Assembly: GCA_963752595.1 (NCBI GenBank)
Contig: CAVVYZ010000015.1
Location: 128,001 to 192,000, forward strand
Reading direction: 5' to 3'
Length of the DNA stretch: 64,000 nt
DNA from: an uncultured delta proteobacterium
Lineage (GTDB): Bacteria > Desulfobacterota > Desulfomonilia > UBA1062
The notes under the pieces are model-generated. The model saw nothing but the letters and a program-made list of their open reading frames with translations. It was not told the origin of the DNA and ran no database searches. The stretch's first letter is position 1. Each line of letters opens with the position of its first letter. The position numbers and the translations under genes were made by a program. Positions 1 through 10,385 of this stretch are shown piece by piece.

Positions 1-529
1 AGATGATCGTATACGTTCCTGTCCCGAAGATAGCCAGGATCTCACCAAAAAATATCCTGTGATAATCTTTCTGGGGATAGTTCTCGTCGATGGAAGGATC
101 GAGAAAATGTTCCGGTTTGAAATCATCCCAATAGATTTTTTTCAGCTCGATGATGAGCTGGGCCTCGGCAAAACCCGGCGCAGCGATTTTTGTGGAAGGT
201 ACCGGGGTAAGGCCGGATTCCGAGATCTTATCCCTGTCTCTGCCTGATCGGCTTCCTAGTATCTGCAGGGCATCACGGTATTTTTTCCCGAGCGCACAGA
301 GCGTGAAGGTATTATATTGTTCCATGAACCCGTAGGTATGCCGCCCGGGCCTCACGACAACCTGGGCAAAGGGCATATTCCACATGACGCCGAAGCCTCC
401 CCATCCTACGGTCATGGAGTTGAATTTCCCTGTCTCGAAATCTCCGCAGGTGAGGACCAGCCATTGACGCGCCCAGATGGTGTGCGGTTGAACGAGAAAC
501 TCGGAGTAGTCGATCGGTCTCCTTTTCAT
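1..529 (-). CDS. Flavin reductase family protein (3' end runs off the window)
   Basis: Not in the ORF track. Read by eye from ATG 529 after an AGGAGG RBS: MKRRPIDYSEFLVQPHTIWARQWLVLTCGD..FNSMTVGWGGFGVMW..VVRPGRHT..YHRIFFGEI, typical flavin-reductase motifs. Confidence 0.8.
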   Translation of the reverse strand, partial: MKRRPIDYSEFLVQPHTIWARQWLVLTCGDFETGKFNSMTVGWGGFGVMWNMPFAQVVVRPGRHTYGFMEQYNTFTLCALGKKYRDALQILGSRSGRDRDKISESGLTPVPSTKIAAPGFAEAQLIIELKKIYWDDFKPEHFLDPSIDENYPQKDYHRIFFGEILAIFGTGTYTII

Positions 530-634
530 TTCAATCCTCCTGATTTTGGCTTTTTCATCATATCATTCTAGGCCCTGCTTCCAAGGACATTTATTCCTGA
601 CTGTCTTATCGCATGTGTCGTGCCCTCTATAATA

Positions 635-1600
635 CTATTGAGGGAGTTCATTCCCGATATCAATATACGATGAACCCTCATCTCTGATATCGCGGATGAT
701 GTGTGCCATGGATGATGCACAAACCTCCAATAAGGCGCGTTCATGAGAATCCAGATCCATCTCGACGATCTGGTTGACTCCTTCCCTGCAGACGATGACA
801 GGCAGCGCGAGGACGATATCCCGGAATCCGTATTCTCCTGCGCACGGTACGCTTACGGGGAATATTGCCGAGCGGTCGAGCACGATAGACTCGACTATCC
901 GGGCAATCACATGGGACGCAGCATAGAACCCGCTATGCTGTTTGAGATTTTGTACGATCGTCGTCCCCGCGACCCTTGTGCGACGTATTATCGTATCAAT
1001 GGTATTTCTGTCTACCATGGAAGGTAAGGGTATCCCGCCCACCGATGCATGGTTGGCAAGAGGTATCATATCGTCGGTATGGGCCCCGACTACCAATCCA
1101 TTGACCTGTTCAGCCGATACCCCCAAAGCTTCTGCAATGAAATATACGAAACGCACGGTATCCAGCGAACACCCAAGGCCGAATGCATTCATATCGGGCC
1201 AGGTGTTTCTCAGGTACCAGGTGATCACCTCCACGGGATTCGTCACGACGAGCACATATGCCCGAGGGCAGAATTCCATGATATGCATGCCGGCCTGGCG
1301 GGCAACATCCATATTCTTCTTAAGGAGGTCCAAACGGTCCATGCCGGCATGTCTGGCAGACCCTGCCGTAAAAACAATGATGTCTGAACCTATGAGGGTG
1401 TCCGGCGAACTGCTTCCCGTTACACGGCAGTCTGTATGGAGGCTCGGGGATGCCTGGTTTATATCCATGGCCTTGCCTGCTGCAAGTCCATCGGCGATGT
1501 CGTAGAGGAAGATGCTTCCCAGGCTTTTTTGCGCAATAATCGCGGCAACGGATGCTCCTACCGCACCTGAACCCATGACGACTATCTTGGACAGGGCCAT
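635..1600 (-). CDS. mdh: Malate dehydrogenase (LDH-like MDH family)
   Basis: GSGAVG Rossmann motif, ARHAGMDRLDLL substrate loop, VTNP, LDTVRF, catalytic His in GAH; GGAGG RBS. Confidence 0.8.
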   Translation of the reverse strand: MALSKIVVMGSGAVGASVAAIIAQKSLGSIFLYDIADGLAAGKAMDINQASPSLHTDCRVTGSSSPDTLIGSDIIVFTAGSARHAGMDRLDLLKKNMDVARQAGMHIMEFCPRAYVLVVTNPVEVITWYLRNTWPDMNAFGLGCSLDTVRFVYFIAEALGVSAEQVNGLVVGAHTDDMIPLANHASVGGIPLPSMVDRNTIDTIIRRTRVAGTTIVQNLKQHSGFYAASHVIARIVESIVLDRSAIFPVSVPCAGEYGFRDIVLALPVIVCREGVNQIVEMDLDSHERALLEVCASSMAHIIRDIRDEGSSYIDIGNELPQ

Positions 1601-1674
1601 AAAAACCTCCTTATGGCATTGATATAGTGTGAATATAGTATGCTGTTCCCTGCAGATGGCAAATAGGGCGCTTG

Positions 1675-3846
1675 CTACTCGTCGAGGGCTTTTCTCACCG
1701 CGAGCCCGATTTTCTCCAGGAAGTAAGGCTTCCGGATGTATGCCGTGACACCGAGCTCCTGCGCCTCTCTTACCCGCTTGGTCTCGGAGAAGCCGCTCGT
1801 GATGATGGCTTTTTGCTTTGGATGGATTTTGAGCACTTTCTTATAGGTTTCGAGCCCGTCGATCCCGGGGTCCATGATCATATCGAGTATCATGAGGTCT
1901 GCTCCATGGTCCTTCATGTATTCTATGGCTTCTTCTCCGCTGGATACCGCAGTCACCTGGTATCCGAGCTTGGTGAGGATCATGGAGGCTATTTCCCGCT
2001 GTTCCATGATGTCGTCCACCACCAGGATATTTTCGCCTTTGCCCCGGTAAGCATCAATGGACAGGAAGGTTTTGTCATGCTGCGATTCCTGGCGCGTCAC
2101 CGGGTAGTAAAGAGTGAAGGTCGTACCCTCTCCTTCTACGCTGTTCACATCGACAAACCCGCCGTGGTCTTTGACGGTTCCCCATACGACGGGCAGGCCA
2201 AGGCCCGTGCCGCTCCTGCCGAATTTTTTCTTTGTATAGAAAGGCTCGAAAACCCTGCCCAGAGAGTCGGGCGGTATGCCCTCGCCGGTATCGGAGACGG
2301 TAAGGATTACATAGTCCCCTTCCTCGATGAGTTCATAACCCTGGATAGGCCTGTCCAGATGGCGGGTCTCGGTACTTATGCTTAAGTTGCCACCCTCGGG
2401 CATGGCCTCTGCAGCATTGAGGACGAGGTTCAGGAGGGTCTTGGTGAGATGGTAGGGAGAACCCATGATGTTCAAGCTCCCGTTTTCGAAATTTTTCGAG
2501 ACCCAGACCTTGGGGTGATGCGACTTGATTTTTTTATGCTCCGGACTCTCGATGTATTCATCCACCAGTTGGTTGATGTCTACCACCTCCATTGCTGCTG
2601 CTCCTCTCCGTGCAAGGGTCAGCAGATCCTGTACCGTGGCAATGGCCTTTTCTCCTGATTTTTTTATGGTGAGCAGGGGTTTTTTTAAGGAATTGTCATC
2701 TTTCATATCCATGAGCAGGAGCTCTGGGTAGCTCGTGATGCCGGAGAGGATATTGTTGAGGTCGTGTGCCACACCTCCGGCTATAACCCCGAGGGCCTCC
2801 ATCTTCTGAGCCTGCTGGAGCTTGATCTCGAGCTCCTTGCGTTCCCTTAAATCACGCATGGAGATGATCTTTGCATGCCGACCCATATAGATGAACGAGG
2901 CATGAGATATCTCCACCGCAAATTTCTTGCCGGTCTTACCGACCAGTGAACCCTCAAAGGTCCCCGGAATGTTGCTGTCCAGGGGATTCATCTTGGGTAC
3001 ATAGCCGTTTGTGTGCTCAAGCGGACAGAGGATCCGGTCAAAGGGGATATCCTTCAACTCCTTGAAACTGTAGCCGGTCATGGATTTATAACTTGGATTG
3101 GCATACATGTGCCTGCCGCCCTGGATGATGGTAATACCGTCGTTCGAGTATTCCGTCAATGCCCGGTACTTTTCTTCCGAATTCTTGAGCGTCTCAAAGC
3201 TCAATGCGCTGTTGATGGCCAGGGCAACTATATTCGCCACGATCGTAAACAGGTTCACGTCGTTGGGCTTGAACATATGGGGCTGAGGGTGGCTCAAGGT
3301 AAAAACACCGCAGGCAGAGTCTTCGATGATGAGAGGGAGCGAAAGCAGCGTACCGATTTTGACTTTTGTCTTCTTGCTCTTGTTGAAGATCGCTGATTGG
3401 CTCACGTCATCGATAAGAATCGGCTCTTTTTTCTGAAGGGACTCTCCTGCAGCGCCTTCTCCATAGGAAAAGGTGTAGTGCACATCTTCTTTGGAAAACA
3501 TTTTCCAGGTATCAATAACGTAGCTTTCCCCATGGGGATTGGTTGCCGCAACGAGAAAGAGCTTGTTCGTGTCGAAATCGAGAAGCATGATGGAGCAGTT
3601 CCTCGCTACGGTATTGTTGATGGTGATGTCCATGATTGTCTGACAGATACGTTTGAAGTCGTTGATATAGAAAAGGATGTTTCCCAGTTCCCGCAGGATG
3701 GAAAGCTGAGACAGCTTGTCTTGAAATTTATTATATACGGTCCTTATATTGTCGAGCAGGAGTTTATTGTCTTCTTCATCGAGAAGGTTCAGCGGAAGAT
3801 TTTCTCCGAAAATATCCTTCATAATCCCTCTATGATAAGGCCTCAA
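1675..3846 (-). CDS. Hybrid histidine kinase (GAF-PAS-HisKA-HATPase-REC)
   Basis: GGVAHDLNN H-box, NAAEAM N-box, DTGEGI, GTGLGL, C-terminal receiver (LVVDD..LDMIM..KP). Confidence 0.92.
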   Translation of the reverse strand: MRPYHRGIMKDIFGENLPLNLLDEEDNKLLLDNIRTVYNKFQDKLSQLSILRELGNILFYINDFKRICQTIMDITINNTVARNCSIMLLDFDTNKLFLVAATNPHGESYVIDTWKMFSKEDVHYTFSYGEGAAGESLQKKEPILIDDVSQSAIFNKSKKTKVKIGTLLSLPLIIEDSACGVFTLSHPQPHMFKPNDVNLFTIVANIVALAINSALSFETLKNSEEKYRALTEYSNDGITIIQGGRHMYANPSYKSMTGYSFKELKDIPFDRILCPLEHTNGYVPKMNPLDSNIPGTFEGSLVGKTGKKFAVEISHASFIYMGRHAKIISMRDLRERKELEIKLQQAQKMEALGVIAGGVAHDLNNILSGITSYPELLLMDMKDDNSLKKPLLTIKKSGEKAIATVQDLLTLARRGAAAMEVVDINQLVDEYIESPEHKKIKSHHPKVWVSKNFENGSLNIMGSPYHLTKTLLNLVLNAAEAMPEGGNLSISTETRHLDRPIQGYELIEEGDYVILTVSDTGEGIPPDSLGRVFEPFYTKKKFGRSGTGLGLPVVWGTVKDHGGFVDVNSVEGEGTTFTLYYPVTRQESQHDKTFLSIDAYRGKGENILVVDDIMEQREIASMILTKLGYQVTAVSSGEEAIEYMKDHGADLMILDMIMDPGIDGLETYKKVLKIHPKQKAIITSGFSETKRVREAQELGVTAYIRKPYFLEKIGLAVRKALDE

Positions 3847-4693
3847 GGAAGCTGTCCACCTGGTCGCGGGACGCCGTCATCGTTTTGGCAAGCTCCTCAA
3901 TCTGCCGGCCGGAGAGGCCAAGGGCCGATATCACTTCATCCTTTCTTTCCGGATTGCTGTTTGCGCTGTGCCCGATTCCTGCTGTTTGGCAGAGATAATC
4001 TGCAACGTTTACCATCATGGCTCGGTTCAGATATTCAAAGGGGCAATCGATGAGATTGTGATGGTACCGGATGGGGATGCTGATATTGTCCGGGAAATTC
4101 CATTGTTTCATCAGCATATACGCGATTTCGGGATGATCGATCCCCAGGAGGTCCTGCTCGACTGCATGGAGGGGAACCCCATCCGCATGGTGTTTTACCA
4201 GTACTTCGGAATAATCGCCCGGGAAATAGATGAGGAAGAGGATCTTACCCATGTCGTGGAGCAGGCCCACGAGCATGGTGGATTCTTCCATGGACTTCTT
4301 CGCCGTCATCTCGATCTGTCTGGATGCAAATCCGACCCCGATAGAGTGCTTCCACAGTTCGTTCATGTCGAGCAGAACATCTTTGCTCTTCGGTGTGAGC
4401 GCTTTGAATATTCCGGAACCCAGCGCAATGGATATGATCTCTTTAAAACCGATGACGATAATCGCCCTGGATATGGAATCGATCTTTTTCGGCAGGCCGT
4501 AGTAAGGCGAATTGGCAATCTTGAGGACCCGTGCAGAGAGTGCCTGATCGTTGGAGATAAAACGCGCGAGGTCGTTGGCCGTAGTACTGTCGCTCTTTGC
4601 CGTCACGATAATATTGTTGATAATGACCGGCAAAGTCGGCAGGGAAGTCGTCTTGTTCCTGATAAGATCAATGACCTTTTCTCTGATACTCAA
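3830..4693 (-). CDS. HDOD domain protein
   Basis: LPTLP start, ANSPYYG, LWKHS, GLLHDMGK, IRYHH; overlaps the start of the kinase gene. Confidence 0.92.
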   Translation of the reverse strand: MSIREKVIDLIRNKTTSLPTLPVIINNIIVTAKSDSTTANDLARFISNDQALSARVLKIANSPYYGLPKKIDSISRAIIVIGFKEIISIALGSGIFKALTPKSKDVLLDMNELWKHSIGVGFASRQIEMTAKKSMEESTMLVGLLHDMGKILFLIYFPGDYSEVLVKHHADGVPLHAVEQDLLGIDHPEIAYMLMKQWNFPDNISIPIRYHHNLIDCPFEYLNRAMMVNVADYLCQTAGIGHSANSNPERKDEVISALGLSGRQIEELAKTMTASRDQVDSFLEALS

Positions 4694-4983
4694 TTGATCT
4701 TTTCTCCTTTTACCCTGTCTCGTTTCAATACATCACATCCGTTTCTCATGAACGTGTACTGACCTTTCTCCAGCAGTAGTTCTCCTGGAAAACCTGCCCC
4801 TGTGCTTAGAATCAGGGATAAACAGGCAGCTTTCCAGAGCAGCCGGGAAGAGCCGGTACTGAGATACGGGGTCGACATTATGCATAGATCATCTATCGGA
4901 AATCGGTATGAGAAAGATAAATGACAAATCATCCCTTGCGGACCATAAATTAGCCGTGATTCCAGTGGGTACCGGCCTTTTTG

Positions 4984-5775
4984 TTATGTTACTTTTGCCT
5001 TCCTGATGATCCGGTTGAATAGTGAGGGCACAAATCTCTTGAGATATACTCCCAGGAGCTCGCGGCCGCCGATATATACCTCGGGCTTTTTTTCATCGAT
5101 CGTACTGATGATCCTGGCGGCACATACATTCGGGAGCATTCCGCATGCCTGGGCCTCGTCCATGGTGCCCTGAGGCGTGCCGTTAGAGGTGAGGGCATTG
5201 ATGGAGATACTGGTCCTGATAAAGCCCGGACAGACGATTACAACTGAGATCCCCTGATCCCATATCTCGGCCCGCAGTGAATCGAAAAAGCCGTGGAGAG
5301 CGTGTTTGGATGCGCTGTAGGAAGATCGAAGGGGAGTCCCGAACTTACCCACCAGGCTGCTGATCACCACGATACGGCCTGATCTGCGTTCCAGCATGGA
5401 AGGAAGGACGGCCTTTGTAAGGGCAACGGTGCCGAAGAAATTGGTCTCCATGATCCTTCGGTCGATCTCCAGGGGGGTCTGAGCTGCCAGGCTGCGCTGT
5501 GAAACGCCGCCGCTATGAATCATGATGTCGACACGGCCTGCAAATTTCAGCGCTTCCCTGCATCCGGCTTCAATGGATCCTGAGTCTGCAAGATCAAGTG
5601 GGAGAACCAAATGCTCTTTCGGTCCGGCACATCTATCCTTCACCTCTCTGAGCTTTTCCTCGTTTCTGGATGAGAGGATCAGTCGAGCGCCGCTGTTACT
5701 GTAAGCATATGCCAGGGCCTCACCGATTCCGGAAGAAGCGCCGGTTATCCATACGACAGTACCTTCATTTTCCAC
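4984..5775 (-). CDS. Short-chain dehydrogenase/reductase
   Basis: TGASSGIG, YSASK catalytic motif, CPGFIRT. Confidence 0.92.
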   Translation of the reverse strand: MENEGTVVWITGASSGIGEALAYAYSNSGARLILSSRNEEKLREVKDRCAGPKEHLVLPLDLADSGSIEAGCREALKFAGRVDIMIHSGGVSQRSLAAQTPLEIDRRIMETNFFGTVALTKAVLPSMLERRSGRIVVISSLVGKFGTPLRSSYSASKHALHGFFDSLRAEIWDQGISVVIVCPGFIRTSISINALTSNGTPQGTMDEAQACGMLPNVCAARIISTIDEKKPEVYIGGRELLGVYLKRFVPSLFNRIIRKAKVT

Positions 5776-5835
5776 AGAAACACCTCCTTTAAGCGTAGCT
5801 TTGTTCAGTCAACAGGAGCCTTTGAATGCATCGAC

Positions 5836-6102
5836 TCACTTGCCTTCGTTTTCCTGTTCCCGGCTGTAGGTCCCGTTGTTGATGTCCTGCTGGACCTTCT
5901 CTATTTGCTCGGCACTCAGTGTATCGATCTGCTGCTTGATCTTTTCTCCCTTGTCGACGATATTCTTGCCGCTGAGCTCTTCCACGGTTTCTTTGGCCGC
6001 TTTATTCGCATCGCTTCCGTCACAACCGGTGAGGACATGGGATGCCGCCAACGCGAAAAAAATAATGGCGAATGCCGAGAATCTCTTGATAACAAACTTC
6101 AT
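5836..6102 (-). CDS. Small hypothetical lipoprotein
   Basis: Start moved to ATG 6102 after AAGGAGGG; hydrophobic signal peptide with LTGC lipobox. Confidence 0.65.
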   Translation of the reverse strand: MKFVIKRFSAFAIIFFALAASHVLTGCDGSDANKAAKETVEELSGKNIVDKGEKIKQQIDTLSAEQIEKVQQDINNGTYSREQENEGK

Positions 6103-6191
6103 GTTTCCCTCCTTACACATCGGTTTTTCTTTCCTGAGCGACTTGCTGCTCCGCCCGACGCAATCTTCGTAAACGAGAGACGGACCGAGCT

Positions 6192-7058
6192 TCAGCTGAG
6201 ATGTTTCAATGCCCACCGGGCAGTCAGTTCCATCACCATATGCTTATTTCTGTCCAGATGGCCCATATGCCCGTTCCCCTCGATAATATGGAGACTTTTG
6301 GGACAGGTCAGTGTGCCATAGAGAAGTCGTGCCGTATCCGGACGGTCGATTTTATCCTCAGCCCCGTGAAGTACGAGTGTGGGTACGGTTATCAAGTGCA
6401 CCCTCCTGATGGTATCGACGATGAGCGATTCTTCAGACCCGGGAAAGGGGAAAGCGGACCACATCCGGAGTACCCGGGGGTCGTTCCCCCAGGACGAATT
6501 GACTTCCGGGTCGCAGGCGACCGGTATCTTTTTGCAGGATTGGATAAGGGAAATGTGCAGGCTTGAACTGGTGAAAAAACGCTTGGCCTTTCCCAACAGG
6601 GTCAGGATTTTAATGCCGATGCGTTCCGGAAAACTTAAGATCGTTCTGACTGTGGCATCGAGCGTGATCAATGCCTTCAGCCCGGGCTCAACGAGAGAAC
6701 ATTCAAGGGCCGCCGTTCCCCCTGAGGAGACGCCGAATGCGCCGATTTTTGTACCATTGATGAGGGGGTGCGTCTGCAGGACAGCCAGAGCGGCACGGAT
6801 GTCGGCAACCCATTCCTCGATCGTGACATGAAATCTGTCTCCATCGCTTTCTCCGAAGCCGTGCATGTCCACAGCCAGTGTTGCGATTCCCTTTGTGGCA
6901 AGGTATTCGCAGAACTCGAAATAATTCTCCTTAAAGTCCATAGCGCCGTGGCATACGATCAATGCTGGATGCGGAACAGGGGCTTCGGGCAGAAAGAGCA
7001 CTGAGGCTATCTTGTGCCCAAGGGAGGTGAACTCAAGTTTCTCTTGTACGATCCTCAC
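6192..7058 (-). CDS. Alpha/beta hydrolase
   Basis: CHG, DMHGFGES, GVSSGG nucleophile elbow, HGAED, GNGH. Confidence 0.88.
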   Translation of the reverse strand: MRIVQEKLEFTSLGHKIASVLFLPEAPVPHPALIVCHGAMDFKENYFEFCEYLATKGIATLAVDMHGFGESDGDRFHVTIEEWVADIRAALAVLQTHPLINGTKIGAFGVSSGGTAALECSLVEPGLKALITLDATVRTILSFPERIGIKILTLLGKAKRFFTSSSLHISLIQSCKKIPVACDPEVNSSWGNDPRVLRMWSAFPFPGSEESLIVDTIRRVHLITVPTLVLHGAEDKIDRPDTARLLYGTLTCPKSLHIIEGNGHMGHLDRNKHMVMELTARWALKHLS

Positions 7059-7175
7059 AATAAATAAAACGCTTCAGCATGCATGCTGTTTGGCTTATTT
7101 GGTTAGACAGCGGCTGCGCAGTAAAAGAATCTTAACCAAATAAGACGGTCCTTTGTTCCTCTTGTGCTCCTGCTC

Positions 7176-8504
7176 TTATACGGTACTCGTTTTAACGGCA
7201 GACACGTGGGTTGAATGCACGTACTGTTTGATGCTGTCTACGATGGTCTGCCATGTCCACCCCCGCTTCTGGTCGTCCATCTCCAGCAGGGTCAGGCGGA
7301 AACCCTTCTTAGTACAGCAGAAACCGGTGAGCGGTACGACGCATATGCCTGTAGAACCGAGGAGGTAATAGACGAACCTCTTGTCCGGTTCTACGCCCTT
7401 GACCTTATCTTCAATGAATTTTCGTACCTTGGTATCGGCTATGGGAAGGGTCTGCCGGTTATTGAGCATATGGTCTTCGAACAGCACAGTCATATAAAAG
7501 GCGCCCTGCGGCTTGTTGACGATGACACCATCGATATTCGAGAATAGATTGAACGCCTCTTCGGCACGAGCTTCATACACGGCCCGCCTCTTTTCGAGGT
7601 GGCCCTGATACCGGGGATCTCCCAGGATGAGCGGAATGGCGTACTGGGGGAGGCTCGTGGAGCAGACTTCGAGCATCTTGGCATTGATGAGGCTTTTCAT
7701 GTACCGCTTGAAATTCAGCTTGTCCTGATTGAAAACCTCTATCCACCCGCACCTGGAGCCGGGCCAGGGTACCTCTTTAGAGATTCCGCGGAGTGCCATC
7801 CCGGGGATCTCCTCAATCACTTCGCTCAATGGTGCAGTCTTATGCGTATCGTAAACGAGGTTTCCGTATATCTCGTCACAGATCATGAACACCTTGTAAC
7901 GACGCGCGATATCAACCATCTGCTCGAGCACATGCCGGGGATAGACTGCACCGGTGGGATTGTCCGGGTTGATGAGGAGGATGCCCGCAATCGAGTCGTT
8001 ATACTTGATCTTGTTCTCGAGGTCGCCGAGGTTGGGCATCCAGTTGTTTTTCGGATCCAGTTCGTAGGTGAGGTGGTCGTAACCCGAATGGGCCGCCTCT
8101 GCGGATGAATGCGTCGAGTAGGCAGGAGAAGGGCCGATGACCCGCGCCTCTCTTTTCATAAAGTTGAAAACTTTGGCTACGGCATCTCCAAGACCGTTGA
8201 AGAATACGATATCATCTCTGGTTATCTGGTAGCCGCCGCGTTTGTTCACTTCACGGGCGAGGAAATCACGGGTCTCCGGCACGCCCTGAGTTGCTACGTA
8301 AGCGTATGTTTTATCTTCGGACACAAGCTGGATAACGATATCCTTGATCCACTGGGGAACCTTTTCCCCTTTCTGTACAGGATCTCCGATATTTTCCCAG
8401 GTGATCTGCACACCGAGCTTTTTCAGTGCATCAGCTACGGCTACGATCTCCCTTATCTCATAGGTTAGCTGTTCGGAACCTTCGTGGACGATGTCTCTCC
8501 TCAT
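7176..8504 (-). CDS. PLP-dependent aminotransferase class I/II (AlaA-like)
   Basis: NIGDP, INPDNPTG, DEIY, ISK..PGSRCGW. Confidence 0.9.
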   Translation of the reverse strand: MRRDIVHEGSEQLTYEIREIVAVADALKKLGVQITWENIGDPVQKGEKVPQWIKDIVIQLVSEDKTYAYVATQGVPETRDFLAREVNKRGGYQITRDDIVFFNGLGDAVAKVFNFMKREARVIGPSPAYSTHSSAEAAHSGYDHLTYELDPKNNWMPNLGDLENKIKYNDSIAGILLINPDNPTGAVYPRHVLEQMVDIARRYKVFMICDEIYGNLVYDTHKTAPLSEVIEEIPGMALRGISKEVPWPGSRCGWIEVFNQDKLNFKRYMKSLINAKMLEVCSTSLPQYAIPLILGDPRYQGHLEKRRAVYEARAEEAFNLFSNIDGVIVNKPQGAFYMTVLFEDHMLNNRQTLPIADTKVRKFIEDKVKGVEPDKRFVYYLLGSTGICVVPLTGFCCTKKGFRLTLLEMDDQKRGWTWQTIVDSIKQYVHSTHVSAVKTSTV

Positions 8505-8649
8505 AGCACCTGCTCCTGATTAATTTCTCCTCTTAAAAGTGACTATCATTTTTGCGATAGATAAGATTAATAGTCAAAATAGAGGGCGAATGCAAATTTA
8601 TTCTCTTATCCGCTTGGGATGAAGGTAAATGAGCTGCCTAAGGAGGATA

Positions 8650-10110
8650 TCAGCGGGTGCCGGGAGTGATTATAATCTTCGGAAGTTCGATCAGAGGGCT
8701 GCCTTCCTCAAGGATACCTTTGCCTTCCATATTAATCCCGTCCCAGAGCTCCATCTTAAGGAATACATCCACGCAGTCCGGACAGAGCTGACTTCCGCTG
8801 ACTTCCTCGATAATCTGGAGGGCCTTGTCCTTTTCCATCCCTTTGCGGTACGGACGGTCGCTCGTGAGGGCGTGATATGTATCTCCGACGGCGGTAATCC
8901 TGGCCCACAGAGGGATTTTGTCTCCTTTGAGTCCTTCAGGATATCCTTTTCCGTCCATGCGTTCGTGATGGTAGTACACAATGGGCAATATTTTGGCAAG
9001 GCTCGGAACCGGCCGCAGGATATCGGCACCGATTACCGGGTGGCGCTTGATGATCGCAAACTCGTCGTCGCTGAGCTTCCCCGGTTTGAGCAGTACGCTG
9101 TCGACCACCCCGATCTTACCGAGATCATGGAGTTTGCCTCCGAGCTTGACAAGTTCGATCTCTTCCTGACTCATTCCCATCTCCATGGCCATCCGGGTGG
9201 CAATGTACGACACCGCTTCGGAATGACCCCGTGTATAGGAGTCACGGGCTTCCAGGGCACAGCAGAGCGAGGTGATGCTGGCAAGGATGAGCCGCTGTTC
9301 GATTTCGAGACGCTCTTTTTCCTTGTGCAGAAGCAGGAGCTTGTCTGAAAGGAGCTTTTCAACTGTGATCACCAGTTGATCGACGTTAAACGGTTTTACG
9401 AGGTACGCATCCGCACCGAGCTGGAGCATGCGGCGCATGATGGGGCGGTCGTTGTTCGCACTCATCACGACAAAGGGAATGGTTGCAAGTGCCGGGTCGG
9501 CATGAACATTCTGACAGAATTCCTCCCCGTTCATCTCGGGCATGTCGATATCGCTCAGGATGAGGTCCGGCCGTACGGTTTTGAGAGTATTGAGGGCAAC
9601 CCTGCCGTTTTCGGCCTTCACCACCTCGAAGCCGACTTCTTTCAGGCCTTTTTCGACCAGAGTCCTCACGGTCGAGGAATCATCCACTACGAGGATGAGG
9701 CGGCCTTTCTGGAACGTGGTTTTCTGTAATACGGTCTCAATGGTCTCAATGAGGGAATCCTTTGCCTGGGCCTTGGAAATGTATGTAGAGGCGCCTGCCT
9801 TGTAGCCCTTCTTGATATCTTCTTCACTGTCCAGGGAGCTCAGGATGACAATAGGAATCTGCAAAGTCCTCGGATTGGATTTCAGCTTCCTGCAGAGCTC
9901 GATACCGTCCATCTGGGGCATCTCGACATCGGTAATGATCAGGTCGAACTCCTTGCAGAGAGCTATATCAAACGCCTGCTGACCGTTCTCGGCTTGAGTC
10001 ACCTCAACCCCTGATCTCAGGAGCTCCTTGGAGAGTACGCTTCTTACCACTGCAGAATCGTCTACAATGAGTATCCGCAGCTCTTTGAGAAAGGGCAATG
10101 AGCTCGTCAT
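8650..10110 (-). CDS. Response regulator with two REC domains and an HD-GYP phosphodiesterase
   Basis: Two receiver domains (IVDD..DVEMP; VVDD..DIDMP), then HDLGK and HHERMDGKGYP. Confidence 0.92.
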   Translation of the reverse strand: MTSSLPFLKELRILIVDDSAVVRSVLSKELLRSGVEVTQAENGQQAFDIALCKEFDLIITDVEMPQMDGIELCRKLKSNPRTLQIPIVILSSLDSEEDIKKGYKAGASTYISKAQAKDSLIETIETVLQKTTFQKGRLILVVDDSSTVRTLVEKGLKEVGFEVVKAENGRVALNTLKTVRPDLILSDIDMPEMNGEEFCQNVHADPALATIPFVVMSANNDRPIMRRMLQLGADAYLVKPFNVDQLVITVEKLLSDKLLLLHKEKERLEIEQRLILASITSLCCALEARDSYTRGHSEAVSYIATRMAMEMGMSQEEIELVKLGGKLHDLGKIGVVDSVLLKPGKLSDDEFAIIKRHPVIGADILRPVPSLAKILPIVYYHHERMDGKGYPEGLKGDKIPLWARITAVGDTYHALTSDRPYRKGMEKDKALQIIEEVSGSQLCPDCVDVFLKMELWDGINMEGKGILEEGSPLIELPKIIITPGTR

Positions 10111-10385
10111 TCCTGTTGTTCAAACCTCATGCTATTACCGTCCCGATACTTTCACGTAATAATCGTCCGGCGAATGGGAAAAGATTAATACATCTGCCTT
10201 TCATTTTCCTTGTCGGATTTTTTAAAGAAATTAATATTTCTTTTTTTACCATGCAGAATATTGAGGAAAATATTCTTGAAAATTTACGCTGAAGTCCAGA
10301 GGGGGATATGAACACATGGCAACGGATGCATTATCTTGAAGATTCTGACCTTGACGAATGTACTAATCCCGTAATGCCATATACT

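Noticed and set aside
10205-10280. Sigma28-like CCGACAA and AT-rich palindromes upstream of the HD-GYP gene
   Set aside because: There is no correctly spaced -35, and palindromes are expected by chance in very AT-rich DNA.
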